A model generated the notes under the pieces. That model ran no database searches. It had not been told where the DNA came from and was given only the letters and a program-made list of their open reading frames with translations. The translations under genes and the position numbers were made by a program. A stretch of DNA of 35,617 bases, from the sequence record SRR31156797_2737. One strand, given 5' to 3'. Of this stretch, positions 6,788 through 15,505 are shown piece after piece; the first letter of the stretch is position 1, and every line of letters starts with the position of its first letter.

Positions 6788-9205
6788 TTATTCTGCTTTC
6801 TTCAAATATTTATCAAGCCATTGGTCTTGCTCCCAAAGCACGTGTAGTACTGATTCTCGGGCTCGGTAACCATGACTCTCTTTAGGTAACATTACTAAAC
6901 GAACATTAGCTCCAAGTCCTTTCAATGCATTGAAATAGCGTTCGCTTTGCATCGGATATGTACCGGAATTATTATCGTCTTCACCATGAATAAGTAGTAA
7001 ATTACCTTTCATTTCGTGTGCATTCATAAATGGAGACATGGTATTGTAAATCTCCGGTGCTTCCCAGTAATTACGCTCTTCACTTTGAAATCCAAATGGT
7101 GTTAGTGTTCTGTTATAAGCACCGCTTCGTGCAATACCTGCTGCAAATAAATCAGAATGGGTCAGTAGGTTAGCAGTCATAAATGCGCCATAAGAGTGTC
7201 CGCCAACAGCAACACGTTCTCTGTCAATATAGCCCATTTTGTCAACTGCATCAATGGCTGCTTTAGCGTTTCCAACCAATTGTTCAATGAATGTATCGTT
7301 AGGTTCTTCTTCACCTTCTCCAATAATTGGAAAAGCTGCGTCATCTAAGATAGCATAGCCTTTGTTTACCCAGAAAATGGGTGATCCATACCATGGGTAA
7401 GTAAATTCGTTAGGAGAGGATGTTACCTGACCTGCACTTTTTTTGTCCTTAAATTCATATGGATATGCCCACATAATCATGGGTAGTTTTTCACCACTTT
7501 CTTTGTCGTAATTAGCTGGTAAATATAGTGTTGCTGATAAATCAACGCCATCTTCGCGTTTGTATGTAATTACCTCTTTTTGAACGTTTTTCAAACTTTC
7601 GAATGGGTTTTTAAAGAAGGTAATAGGCTCTTTTTTGTCTTTTTTACGAATATCACGAATGTAGTAGTTTGGATATTCGTTTTTCGATTCTATTCGGGTT
7701 AAAATTTTACCTTTTTTGATATCAAATGCAAATGAAACACTTTCCAATTTGTCGTTTTTCTCAGCTCTCCAAAGCCTTTCTGTTTTGAGCGTTTTGATAT
7801 TAAGTTTATCTACAAATGGTAGAATCCCGTCAGCTGAATATCCATCGCCTAAAAGGTAAATATTGCCTTTGTCGACAATCATGACATCACGTCCATATTC
7901 ATTTTCTTCAGTTACAGGTGATCCCGGATCATTATATCTGTCCTGATAATTTCTGTCCTGAACTATTACCGGCTCTTGGGAAGGATTAGATGGATTAATA
8001 AAATAGGCTTTTAGGTTTCTTGTGTTCCACCAGTAATCGTAAACTAAAGCTAGTTCATCATTTGCCCATAGTACACCTGAATATCGGTTGAAAGTTTTCA
8101 CTAATTCTTTAGGTTCACTATTAAAAGGTGCATCCCAGGTATAAACCTGATCACGATACTCAACTTCTTTTTCAGCATCACCTTCGTCCAGGGCTTCTGC
8201 ATATACTAATGTGGCAGGTTTGTCATTTCTCCAACCAATACTTCTTTTCCCTTTACGAACAGACATAAAACCTTTTGGTATATCTTCAGTTAAAGGTACT
8301 TTTTCAATGTTTTTTACAAGTTTAGCATCCTTAGTGTAAATGCTGTATGTGGTTGGAAATCTGTAATATGGCACTAAATATGAGAAGGGGCGATCAATGG
8401 TTGTAATCATAATGTATTCGCCATCAGGACTAAAGCTCATTGAGCGGTACATTTTCGCTTCCATCCATGGTTTAGTATTTCCTTCCAAATCAACAGTTGC
8501 TATTTCAGCTCTTACCAATTGTTCAAAATTGTCTTCATCAATTTTATCTGCCAGAAGATCCTGGTAGGTTCTATTTTGAGCTTCCTGACCTTCATTAATA
8601 GAAATTCTTGGGCCGGTTGGAATAGCGTCAGCTTTATCTATTAGCGGTTTTCTATCTTTTGGAAGTATCTTAATAAGCAAGCTATTGTTGTCTTTAAACC
8701 AAGTAAAAGGCCGACCCATATTGGCATTGAGATTGTCATCTGTAAGTTTATTGATTTTTGCTTCTTTTACATTAAGTACCCATAACTCGACACCATTTTC
8801 TGTAGTATTTGTAAAAGCCATATGGGAATCATCCGGAGACCAGCTAAAGTTTGATAATTGCGCATTTTCAGGCAATCCGGTAACATCTTTTTCTTCTTTT
8901 TCACCGACTTTCATCACTGAAATACCTGTGTAATAATAAGTGCGGCTACCAATGTTCGTTTTAGGGTTAATTCGCAAACCTGCCAGTCTCATTTCTTGAG
9001 CTGATAGCTCTACAATAGACTTATATTGATTGCGTGACAATAGTACCATATATTCACCATTGTCATCAATGCGCATTGATGGAGCCAGATCTACATCTGC
9101 GAGTTCCATAATTTTTTCATCAGGAACCTGATATTTTAGGTCAAGTTGTGCATTCATGATATTACTTGTAAGTAGGAGTAACAATAATGGAATAAATTTC
9201 TTCAT
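6788..9205 (-). CDS. S9 family (prolyl oligopeptidase fold) peptidase, glutamyl endopeptidase/CGEP-like, exported
   Basis: Signal peptide, beta-propeller repeats (WSPDD, FSPDG), nucleophile GGHSYG, Asp region HGEDDNNSGT, His in ESHGY. Confidence 0.92.
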   Translation of the reverse strand: MKKFIPLLLLLLTSNIMNAQLDLKYQVPDEKIMELADVDLAPSMRIDDNGEYMVLLSRNQYKSIVELSAQEMRLAGLRINPKTNIGSRTYYYTGISVMKVGEKEEKDVTGLPENAQLSNFSWSPDDSHMAFTNTTENGVELWVLNVKEAKINKLTDDNLNANMGRPFTWFKDNNSLLIKILPKDRKPLIDKADAIPTGPRISINEGQEAQNRTYQDLLADKIDEDNFEQLVRAEIATVDLEGNTKPWMEAKMYRSMSFSPDGEYIMITTIDRPFSYLVPYYRFPTTYSIYTKDAKLVKNIEKVPLTEDIPKGFMSVRKGKRSIGWRNDKPATLVYAEALDEGDAEKEVEYRDQVYTWDAPFNSEPKELVKTFNRYSGVLWANDELALVYDYWWNTRNLKAYFINPSNPSQEPVIVQDRNYQDRYNDPGSPVTEENEYGRDVMIVDKGNIYLLGDGYSADGILPFVDKLNIKTLKTERLWRAEKNDKLESVSFAFDIKKGKILTRIESKNEYPNYYIRDIRKKDKKEPITFFKNPFESLKNVQKEVITYKREDGVDLSATLYLPANYDKESGEKLPMIMWAYPYEFKDKKSAGQVTSSPNEFTYPWYGSPIFWVNKGYAILDDAAFPIIGEGEEEPNDTFIEQLVGNAKAAIDAVDKMGYIDRERVAVGGHSYGAFMTANLLTHSDLFAAGIARSGAYNRTLTPFGFQSEERNYWEAPEIYNTMSPFMNAHEMKGNLLLIHGEDDNNSGTYPMQSERYFNALKGLGANVRLVMLPKESHGYRARESVLHVLWEQDQWLDKYLKKAE

Positions 9206-9302
9206 AATCTTCCGGATTTTAGAATTAATAACTATTTTGTTGAAATATTAAAAGTATAACACTTTTCTCTGAAAAACAGTTTTAAGAAAAATTTGTACAA
9301 AA

Positions 9303-9851
9303 ATGAACATCATGAAACACAGTATTTTATTATTGGTTCTTGTTTTCTTTGCCGGTTGCATATCTGTTTGTGCGCAAAACCAAAAGCAACTTAAAGGAGA
9401 TCGATTTAATTTTATTGACAAAAAAGAAAGCTTAATTGATTTACTTGAGTCATATGACGAAACTCCAGTATTGATTGATATTTTTTCAGTTTATTGCAGC
9501 CCATGCATTAAAGAGTTTAAACATGTTAAAATGGTTGATGATTTTTTGGTGGGAAATGGTATCAAAAAGTTGTATGTTGTTTATACTAAAGATTTTAATG
9601 ATGAAGTAAAGCAGACTGAGCATAAGGAAAAATGGAAAGCGCTTATTGAAAAATATGACTTGAAAGGGGACCATTATTATTTGATGAATACAGATAACCT
9701 TTTTAAGGAAATTCAAGAAAATATATTCCAAGGAAAAATTAAGTTGCCATGGTATGTGATAATCAATAAAGAAGGAGAGATCGCCAATCGAAAAGCATCG
9801 CCATGTAGCAAGTTTAATAAACTTCAGAAACAGCTAAAAGAAGTATTGTAA
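9303..9851 (+). CDS. TlpA/thioredoxin-like exported protein
   Basis: Signal peptide, VLIDIFSVYCSPCIKEF (CxxC) and cis-Pro motif LPWYVIINKEG. Start may be the ATG at 9312. Confidence 0.8.
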   Translation: MNIMKHSILLLVLVFFAGCISVCAQNQKQLKGDRFNFIDKKESLIDLLESYDETPVLIDIFSVYCSPCIKEFKHVKMVDDFLVGNGIKKLYVVYTKDFNDEVKQTEHKEKWKALIEKYDLKGDHYYLMNTDNLFKEIQENIFQGKIKLPWYVIINKEGEIANRKASPCSKFNKLQKQLKEVL

Positions 9852-9877
9852 TTTATGACCAACTAAAAATATTTATT

Positions 9878-11836
9878 ATGAAAAGAATTATACTCGTTAG
9901 TTTTTTACTGGTTTCTTATTTGTACATAAATGCACAAAACAAAGCTTTGTCATTATATGAATTTGAAGAAACAGCAGGGACTTTCACTTCAATTTCAGGT
10001 ACCGGAACATTATTAACTCCAAATGATTGGGACGATGGGGTTACCGGAGCTCAAGCAATCGGATTTGATTTTGAATATAATGGAGTTGTTTATACACAAT
10101 TTACTGTCAATACAAACGGAACAGTCAACTTGGGTGATGCAGCCATAAATGAAGAAACAAATGATTTAGAGTCAGATACTTATGTGAATTTGATTACAGC
10201 ATTATGGGATGATTTGAAGTTTTACAGTAATGGTAGCGGTGATGGTATTTTTATGCAATTGGATGGCTCATCAGGTAGTCAGGTATTGACTGTAGAGTAT
10301 TATAATGTTGGTAGATACAACAGTACAGGTTTAGTGAGTTTTCAGGTTAAGTTATATGAATCTGATAATAGTATTGAGTTTGTTTATGGTAATCTTTCTG
10401 CAGCAACGGGTTGGAGTGAAGTGTCAACTACTTCAATAGGTATGAATGCAGATGATACAGGTAGTGTAGAGTTTTTAAGTGTAACACCTGACGCAATAAA
10501 TGGAGCAACTGTATCAAGTGATACTGAAAACGATGCTATAACCAGGGAAACTTTAGCTGAAATTGCGGAAGGTACTACCTATAAATTTACACCTCCGATA
10601 ACTGCTACAGATCCTGATATTGCAGTGGATGCCATTATTTCACCAAATAGTAACTTTTTAATAGCTAACGAACAGGTGAAAATTCAGTTTTCAAACCCAG
10701 GAACAGAAGTTACCGAGGGACTTCAATTTGCAATTGAAGTTTATAATAATGTTACTGGAGTTATGCTTTCAACCATTTGGATCGACTATCCGGATTATCC
10801 TATCCCATCTTTAGAAGTTATTGAGTATACTTTTGATACGACAATTGATCTTTCTGCAAATATTGAGTATAAAATCCAAATATCTAGTCATTTAGAGGGA
10901 GATGTAGATATTTTTAATAATATTGTAAACAAAGTAGTGAAAGGTGTTGATCTGGATGAATTAATCTACAGCAATGGTCCTATCGTAACTAATGAAGGAA
11001 GCGGATATGAAGGAGCAGACATCAGTGTAGTTCAAACTGCACTTGATATGTATAATTATGGTTATAATAGCAATACAATAATTGGTTATCGTAACGCGGA
11101 TCAGTTTACCATTCCAGAAGGAGAAGAGTGGATGATAACCGGAGTAGGTTTTTATAACTGGCAGACTGAATCTGACACTGTTTCAACTATCAACCACTTG
11201 GACTTTAGAGTTTATGATGGACTACCAGGAGAAGCTTCTTCAGATACTTTAGTAGATTATTACGATATTAACAAATTGAGTGGTTCCAAATGGAGTGGTA
11301 TTTACAGGGTATATGATACTGATCAATTAAATGCAGATCGTCCTGTGATGTTATCTGTTGCTGATTTGGATGAAGAAGAGCATATAACTCTTGCTGAAGG
11401 TACGTATTGGTTAGATTTTTCATCGGGTGGTTCTGAATTAAGTGGACCCTGGGTTCCATATATTACCTATTTGGATTCTATCACAACTGGTGATGCATGG
11501 CATCTTGGATTTGATGGATGGGTACCCTGGACAGAAGATGGTACAGGAACACCTCAGGGAATGCCGTTCATGTTATATGGAACTAAGATTACAGGTATTC
11601 CTTCAGTCCAAAAAGATATGTTATCTATTTATCCTAATCCGGGAACTGGTATTTACTATTTAGGTAATTCAATTACGGGAACCCTAGAAGTGTATAATCA
11701 CTCAGGAAGGTTGATTCAACAAGAAGAATTGGTTGGTGAAAATATGTTGGATTTGAATGAATTACCTTCGGGAATGTATTTCATTAATGTAAAATCAGGC
11801 GAGAAAGTCCAAACGGTAAAAATCATTAAGAATTAA
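9878..11836 (+). CDS. T9SS type A sorting domain-containing secreted protein
   Basis: Signal peptide ending NA-Q, acidic beta-rich domains, C-terminal IYPNP...YNHSGRLI...LDLNELPSGMYFINV...KIIK. Confidence 0.9.
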   Translation: MKRIILVSFLLVSYLYINAQNKALSLYEFEETAGTFTSISGTGTLLTPNDWDDGVTGAQAIGFDFEYNGVVYTQFTVNTNGTVNLGDAAINEETNDLESDTYVNLITALWDDLKFYSNGSGDGIFMQLDGSSGSQVLTVEYYNVGRYNSTGLVSFQVKLYESDNSIEFVYGNLSAATGWSEVSTTSIGMNADDTGSVEFLSVTPDAINGATVSSDTENDAITRETLAEIAEGTTYKFTPPITATDPDIAVDAIISPNSNFLIANEQVKIQFSNPGTEVTEGLQFAIEVYNNVTGVMLSTIWIDYPDYPIPSLEVIEYTFDTTIDLSANIEYKIQISSHLEGDVDIFNNIVNKVVKGVDLDELIYSNGPIVTNEGSGYEGADISVVQTALDMYNYGYNSNTIIGYRNADQFTIPEGEEWMITGVGFYNWQTESDTVSTINHLDFRVYDGLPGEASSDTLVDYYDINKLSGSKWSGIYRVYDTDQLNADRPVMLSVADLDEEEHITLAEGTYWLDFSSGGSELSGPWVPYITYLDSITTGDAWHLGFDGWVPWTEDGTGTPQGMPFMLYGTKITGIPSVQKDMLSIYPNPGTGIYYLGNSITGTLEVYNHSGRLIQQEELVGENMLDLNELPSGMYFINVKSGEKVQTVKIIKN

Positions 11837-11859
11837 AAAATCGTATCCAACTAATAAAT

Positions 11860-11901
11860 AAAGCTGCTTTCATTCGTTAATACGAGGAAGTAGCTTTTTT
11901 T
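11860..11901 (+). terminator. Probable intrinsic terminator after the T9SS cargo gene
   Basis: AAAGCTGCTTTC...GGAAGTAGCTTT stem with G-U pairs, followed by a T run. Confidence 0.7.
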
Positions 11902-11981
11902 AATCATAAACGTTAATAACAAGTTAATAAAAATTTGCAAAGCCCTTTAAATCTGCATACATTTACTTGAAAATATGAAGT

Positions 11982-12551
11982 ATGGTTTCTAGGATAACAC
12001 TTCTCTTCATTTTAGTATTAACCTTAACTGAGTGCAATGTTACTTCTGATAAGGAGAAAGCTGGTATTGAACCAGCTGAAAATGTGTATGCCAAATATCA
12101 TGTGGAGAAAATGATGCAGTATACAAATGACCTGGCATTTATTGAACCCAATAACATTGGACGCCTTTTGCAAATTACAACTTTCAATAAAAATGGACAG
12201 GAAATTAAAATTGTTCGCTTTGATAAGAGTGGCAATATTTGCTTTTCAGAAGATATAAATCCAATATTAGAGGAGGGCAAAAATAAAATAAATGAATTAG
12301 AAATATTGGATGACTCTATAACTGTAACCACGCTTAATCCGGAAGGTAAAGCCATTGATAAAATATCTCATACTTATAACAACGAGAAACAAATAATTTC
12401 CACAATCAGAACAGATAAGGATGGCGTATTAGCTGAGAAAATGACATTTGAGTATTACCCTAATGGTTTGATTAAGAGGGATATATATTGGAATGTTGAC
12501 TTGAATAAACCTGAACAAATAATTACCTATCAGTATGAATATTTCAAGTGA
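11982..12551 (+). CDS. Hypothetical exported protein, possible lipoprotein, with YD-like beta repeats
   Basis: Hydrophobic N-terminus ending LTEC, and repeats TFNKNGQ, TYNNEKQ, EYYPNGL. The 3' end overlaps the convergent gene by 8 bp. Confidence 0.7.
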   Translation: MVSRITLLFILVLTLTECNVTSDKEKAGIEPAENVYAKYHVEKMMQYTNDLAFIEPNNIGRLLQITTFNKNGQEIKIVRFDKSGNICFSEDINPILEEGKNKINELEILDDSITVTTLNPEGKAIDKISHTYNNEKQIISTIRTDKDGVLAEKMTFEYYPNGLIKRDIYWNVDLNKPEQIITYQYEYFK

Positions 12552-13638
12552 AGTTTATTGATTTGATGACACTTAAAAATTTATTATTTGCTTCATTAGA
12601 ACCAACAGTTATTCTCATTAAATATTTATCATTAATTTTTTCAGGAAGTTTTAGTGCATAAATATTATGTTTTACCAGTTCCATGTAGCATTTGTCAATA
12701 GATTCCTTACTTCTAAAAAGCAATAACAGAAAGTTTGTTTGACTCATTTTAATCTCAAAGTTTAATCTTTGGCTATGCTGTATTAATGCAGTGTAGAGTT
12801 GATTTTTGCTTTCCGTAATTTTGGATATAATCATTTTTACATCATTGAGCCATTTTTTATTTTGTAAAAGCTCTTTTAAGGCTATAGCTCCATGCTGCCC
12901 TATGATAAAGGGTAAAAGAATCTTTCTTAAATGAAGTGCTATTTCTTTATTTGTTATAAGATACCCCAGTCTCAATCCTGCAAGTCCAAAAGCTTTTGAA
13001 AAGCTTCTTATAAGGATGATGTTATTATATTTTTCTAATAACTTTTGATAATTTGAAGGGCTAAACTCAGTATATACTTCGTCAATAATAAATAAGCTAT
13101 CTGGTTGTCTTTCAGCAAGTTCTATTAATATATTTTCTTCAAGTACGGCACCTGATGGATTATTGGGTGAATCAATTATTATAATTGATGGTTTTTGGAT
13201 TTTGGGAAACAGAGATAAATCGAATTCAAAATTTTTATTTAATGGCCATTTAGTATAATTCAAGCTGTGTGTTCTGCAGTGGTATTCAAATAATGAGAAA
13301 GAAGGGTAGGGTATTACGAATTGTTTATCTTTAAAAAAATTAAAAAGCATCGTAATAATTGAACCTGCTCCTGACGAAATTATGATTTGACTAGGATGTG
13401 CATTAATGTGATTTGATATTAGTCTCTCAATTTCGCTATTGTATGCTTTAGGATAATTGTTCCACGGCATTTGTTGAAGTTTCTGGCATATTTTCTCCTT
13501 GATATCTGCTGGGATATCGAATGGCAACTCGTTTTTATCCAGAAATATAGAACTATCAGGGTAATTGTTTTCAGCCCTTCTGAAATTTATATTTTTGATT
13601 TCATCAGGGAAGAATTCATTTTCGTTAAACTGCAACAT
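12544..13638 (-). CDS. PLP-dependent class I/II aminotransferase, HisC/CobD-like (divergent)
   Basis: FLDKNELP, DSPNNPSG, IIDEVYTEF, RSFSKAFGLAGLRLGY (PLP lysine), TNFLL and MRITVG. Confidence 0.88.
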   Translation of the reverse strand: MLQFNENEFFPDEIKNINFRRAENNYPDSSIFLDKNELPFDIPADIKEKICQKLQQMPWNNYPKAYNSEIERLISNHINAHPSQIIISSGAGSIITMLFNFFKDKQFVIPYPSFSLFEYHCRTHSLNYTKWPLNKNFEFDLSLFPKIQKPSIIIIDSPNNPSGAVLEENILIELAERQPDSLFIIDEVYTEFSPSNYQKLLEKYNNIILIRSFSKAFGLAGLRLGYLITNKEIALHLRKILLPFIIGQHGAIALKELLQNKKWLNDVKMIISKITESKNQLYTALIQHSQRLNFEIKMSQTNFLLLLFRSKESIDKCYMELVKHNIYALKLPEKINDKYLMRITVGSNEANNKFLSVIKSINFT

Positions 13639-13649
13639 GTTTTTCCTTA

Positions 13650-14759
13650 TTAGGGCATATAAGCATGAATAATGGCTAATACAGTTTCCTGATCAAATGT
13701 AAATCCCAGAAAGCCTTGATCTTTTATTGCAATATCAATCTTATGGGTGTTTTGATTTTCGGGAAGTACAAATTGATATTTTAATTTAAAACCGGCCTTT
13801 TTTAATCTGTAAATCCACATTTCAGCAGGTTCATGCCTTTCGTATCTCTCCTGAAATTGCTTTCCAATTATATCATCGATCTCTCTACCAAAGAAAAGTT
13901 TTAAAGCATTTCTTTCTTGCTTATCAATATCAAGATTGTCAATAACCTTAAATACATGATAGAAATGACGGTAGCTATTGTCAAATCTTTTATGAAAGTC
14001 AGGTTCAAAATGATCAACATTTGGCTCGGTTAGCATAAATTGATTGGGTCTGAATTTTGCTAGATCCTTGAATATTTCATTTCTTTTTTCAGCGGATTGA
14101 ACATGATGCAATGTAAGCGATTCATTGATGACCAGAAATTGGTTATCAATTGGGATATATCTTTTTAATTCATCAATATTGTATTTCTCAATCAAACCGC
14201 AGAGGGGAATAAATTCAATCCAGAAGTTTGAGTTTAATGATTGGGAAACAATCAATTCTTGTGTTTTATCTAATGCATCTTGAAATGGTTCAATACCAAT
14301 AATTGTAAGTTTTTCCAGTTTTGAGTCTTTAATGTCATTCAATTTATCGAGTAAATTTGTAATTTGAATTCCACGACCAATTCCTATATCAATTAATGTA
14401 ACACTTGAATACTTTACAATTTCTTCAATCATTGTATTGTTTACAATTTGATGGCCTAGCGTTACAAATGGGAAATGCTTAATAATTAGATCGAAGAGCT
14501 TTATTTGAGGTAAATCAAATTTCTTCAGGTAGATATGTTCGTCAGCGCCTACAGGCCCAATGTGCTTTTTTAGCGCTTTAATGAACAATGTTCCTAACAT
14601 TTTATCGGACTCATCTTCAATTCCATCTAGACAATGATCAAGTAATGTTTCTATCTCAACAGATGTTTGCGGAGTGATATTGTCAGGGTAATACTGCATT
14701 ACAATTTTTAAAGTATCTCTAATCTCAGGTATTGTAAAAGTTTGCATATGATCAGTCAT
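13650..14759 (-). CDS. Bacterial GRAS-domain protein (Rossmann-fold, putative SAM-dependent methyltransferase)
   Basis: Collinear GRAS motifs: PFVTLGHQIVNNTMIEE, VTLIDIGIGRGIQ (VHIID equivalent), LTIIGIEP, LVINESLTLHH, LTEPNVDH...FHKRF...HVFKVID (PFYRE equivalent), FGREIDDIIG...ERYERHEPAEMW..RLKKAGF (SAW region). Confidence 0.9.
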   Translation of the reverse strand: MTDHMQTFTIPEIRDTLKIVMQYYPDNITPQTSVEIETLLDHCLDGIEDESDKMLGTLFIKALKKHIGPVGADEHIYLKKFDLPQIKLFDLIIKHFPFVTLGHQIVNNTMIEEIVKYSSVTLIDIGIGRGIQITNLLDKLNDIKDSKLEKLTIIGIEPFQDALDKTQELIVSQSLNSNFWIEFIPLCGLIEKYNIDELKRYIPIDNQFLVINESLTLHHVQSAEKRNEIFKDLAKFRPNQFMLTEPNVDHFEPDFHKRFDNSYRHFYHVFKVIDNLDIDKQERNALKLFFGREIDDIIGKQFQERYERHEPAEMWIYRLKKAGFKLKYQFVLPENQNTHKIDIAIKDQGFLGFTFDQETVLAIIHAYMP

Positions 14760-14764
14760 TTAAA

Positions 14765-14789
14765 GAGACTACGCGTAATGCGTAATCTC
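14765..14789 (-). promoter_or_regulatory. Intergenic RNA hairpin directly upstream of the GRAS start codon
   Basis: The minus strand reads GAGAUUACGC-auuac-GCGUAGUCUC-UUUAA-AUG: a 10-bp stem with one U-G pair that is fully paired only on the transcribed strand. Confidence 0.6.
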
Positions 14790-14812
14790 ATTATAAGCGT
14801 TAAAACTATGTT

Positions 14813-15196
14813 TTATTGTGCATCAAGCCATTGAAGTGCTTCGATTTTACTCATGAAATACTTAGTGTTAGGATCTGCAGCGCTTTTCGAGAACTTTTGA
14901 AGTGAAAGCTTTGTGAAAGCACTTTCAGGCACAACAAAAGCCATTGCGCGCATGCCATTTAATTTTAGGGTTGGCATTGTAGATGCTGCGTACTGTGCAT
15001 CTTCTGGTTTTACTACATGTTGCTTTAGCGCATCAGATAGAATGGTTTCTACAGGATTGGATTTAGTGAATTTTACTGAGGCATCAATTCCTTCGCGAAA
15101 TGCTTCAGAAGTAGCAAACCCTGACCATGTTTGAGTGAGCTGCTTTTTACCCTTGTCATAGGTAATTACAACGTTGTTGTTTTTAAAGATTTCCAT
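14813..15196 (-). CDS. STAS/SEC14 (SpoIIAA-like) small protein
   Basis: 127 aa with the pattern TWSGFATSEAFREG...ILSD...GMRAMAFVVPESAF...KYF....EALQWL, typical of Bacteroidota SpoIIAA-like proteins. Confidence 0.75.
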   Translation of the reverse strand: MEIFKNNNVVITYDKGKKQLTQTWSGFATSEAFREGIDASVKFTKSNPVETILSDALKQHVVKPEDAQYAASTMPTLKLNGMRAMAFVVPESAFTKLSLQKFSKSAADPNTKYFMSKIEALQWLDAQ

Positions 15197-15505
15197 AACT
15201 TGATAATTTTATTATTACTCTGTCCCTTGAATTGACAATTTAATATTTTTAAAATTATTTACCAATATCAGAACATTGTTATTATTAATAATCTTTGCCG
15301 ATATATTATGTAAGCTATGTAAATATTTATAATGTAATTGTTTGTATGCTTTTTGTCAATAATGTGTAATGCTTCTCTTTAGTTTTCTTGAGAACATTAA
15401 CAAAATATAGTATTATTTCATGTAGTGTGAATATATAATGTTTATTTGGTTGTTTTGCTTGATTTGATCGTTGTTTGGATGATGTATTTTAGTTAAGGCA
15501 GATTC

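Noticed and set aside
11912-11933. GTTAATAA direct repeat with 11-bp period as a response-regulator box
   Set aside because: Only two low-complexity AT-rich copies and no cognate regulator, which is insufficient support.
12544-13638. Assigning the symbol hisC or cobD
   Set aside because: The fold is clear, but substrate-side motifs diverge and there is no pathway context.
15308-15369. Repeated ATGTAA hexamers upstream of the STAS-GRAS cassette as operator sites
   Set aside because: Spacing is irregular in very AT-rich DNA and cannot be distinguished from chance without comparative data.
12544-15500. GRAS cassette as a defined mobile element
   Set aside because: No integrase, transposase, tRNA target or flanking direct repeats were seen; only compositional hints of foreign origin.
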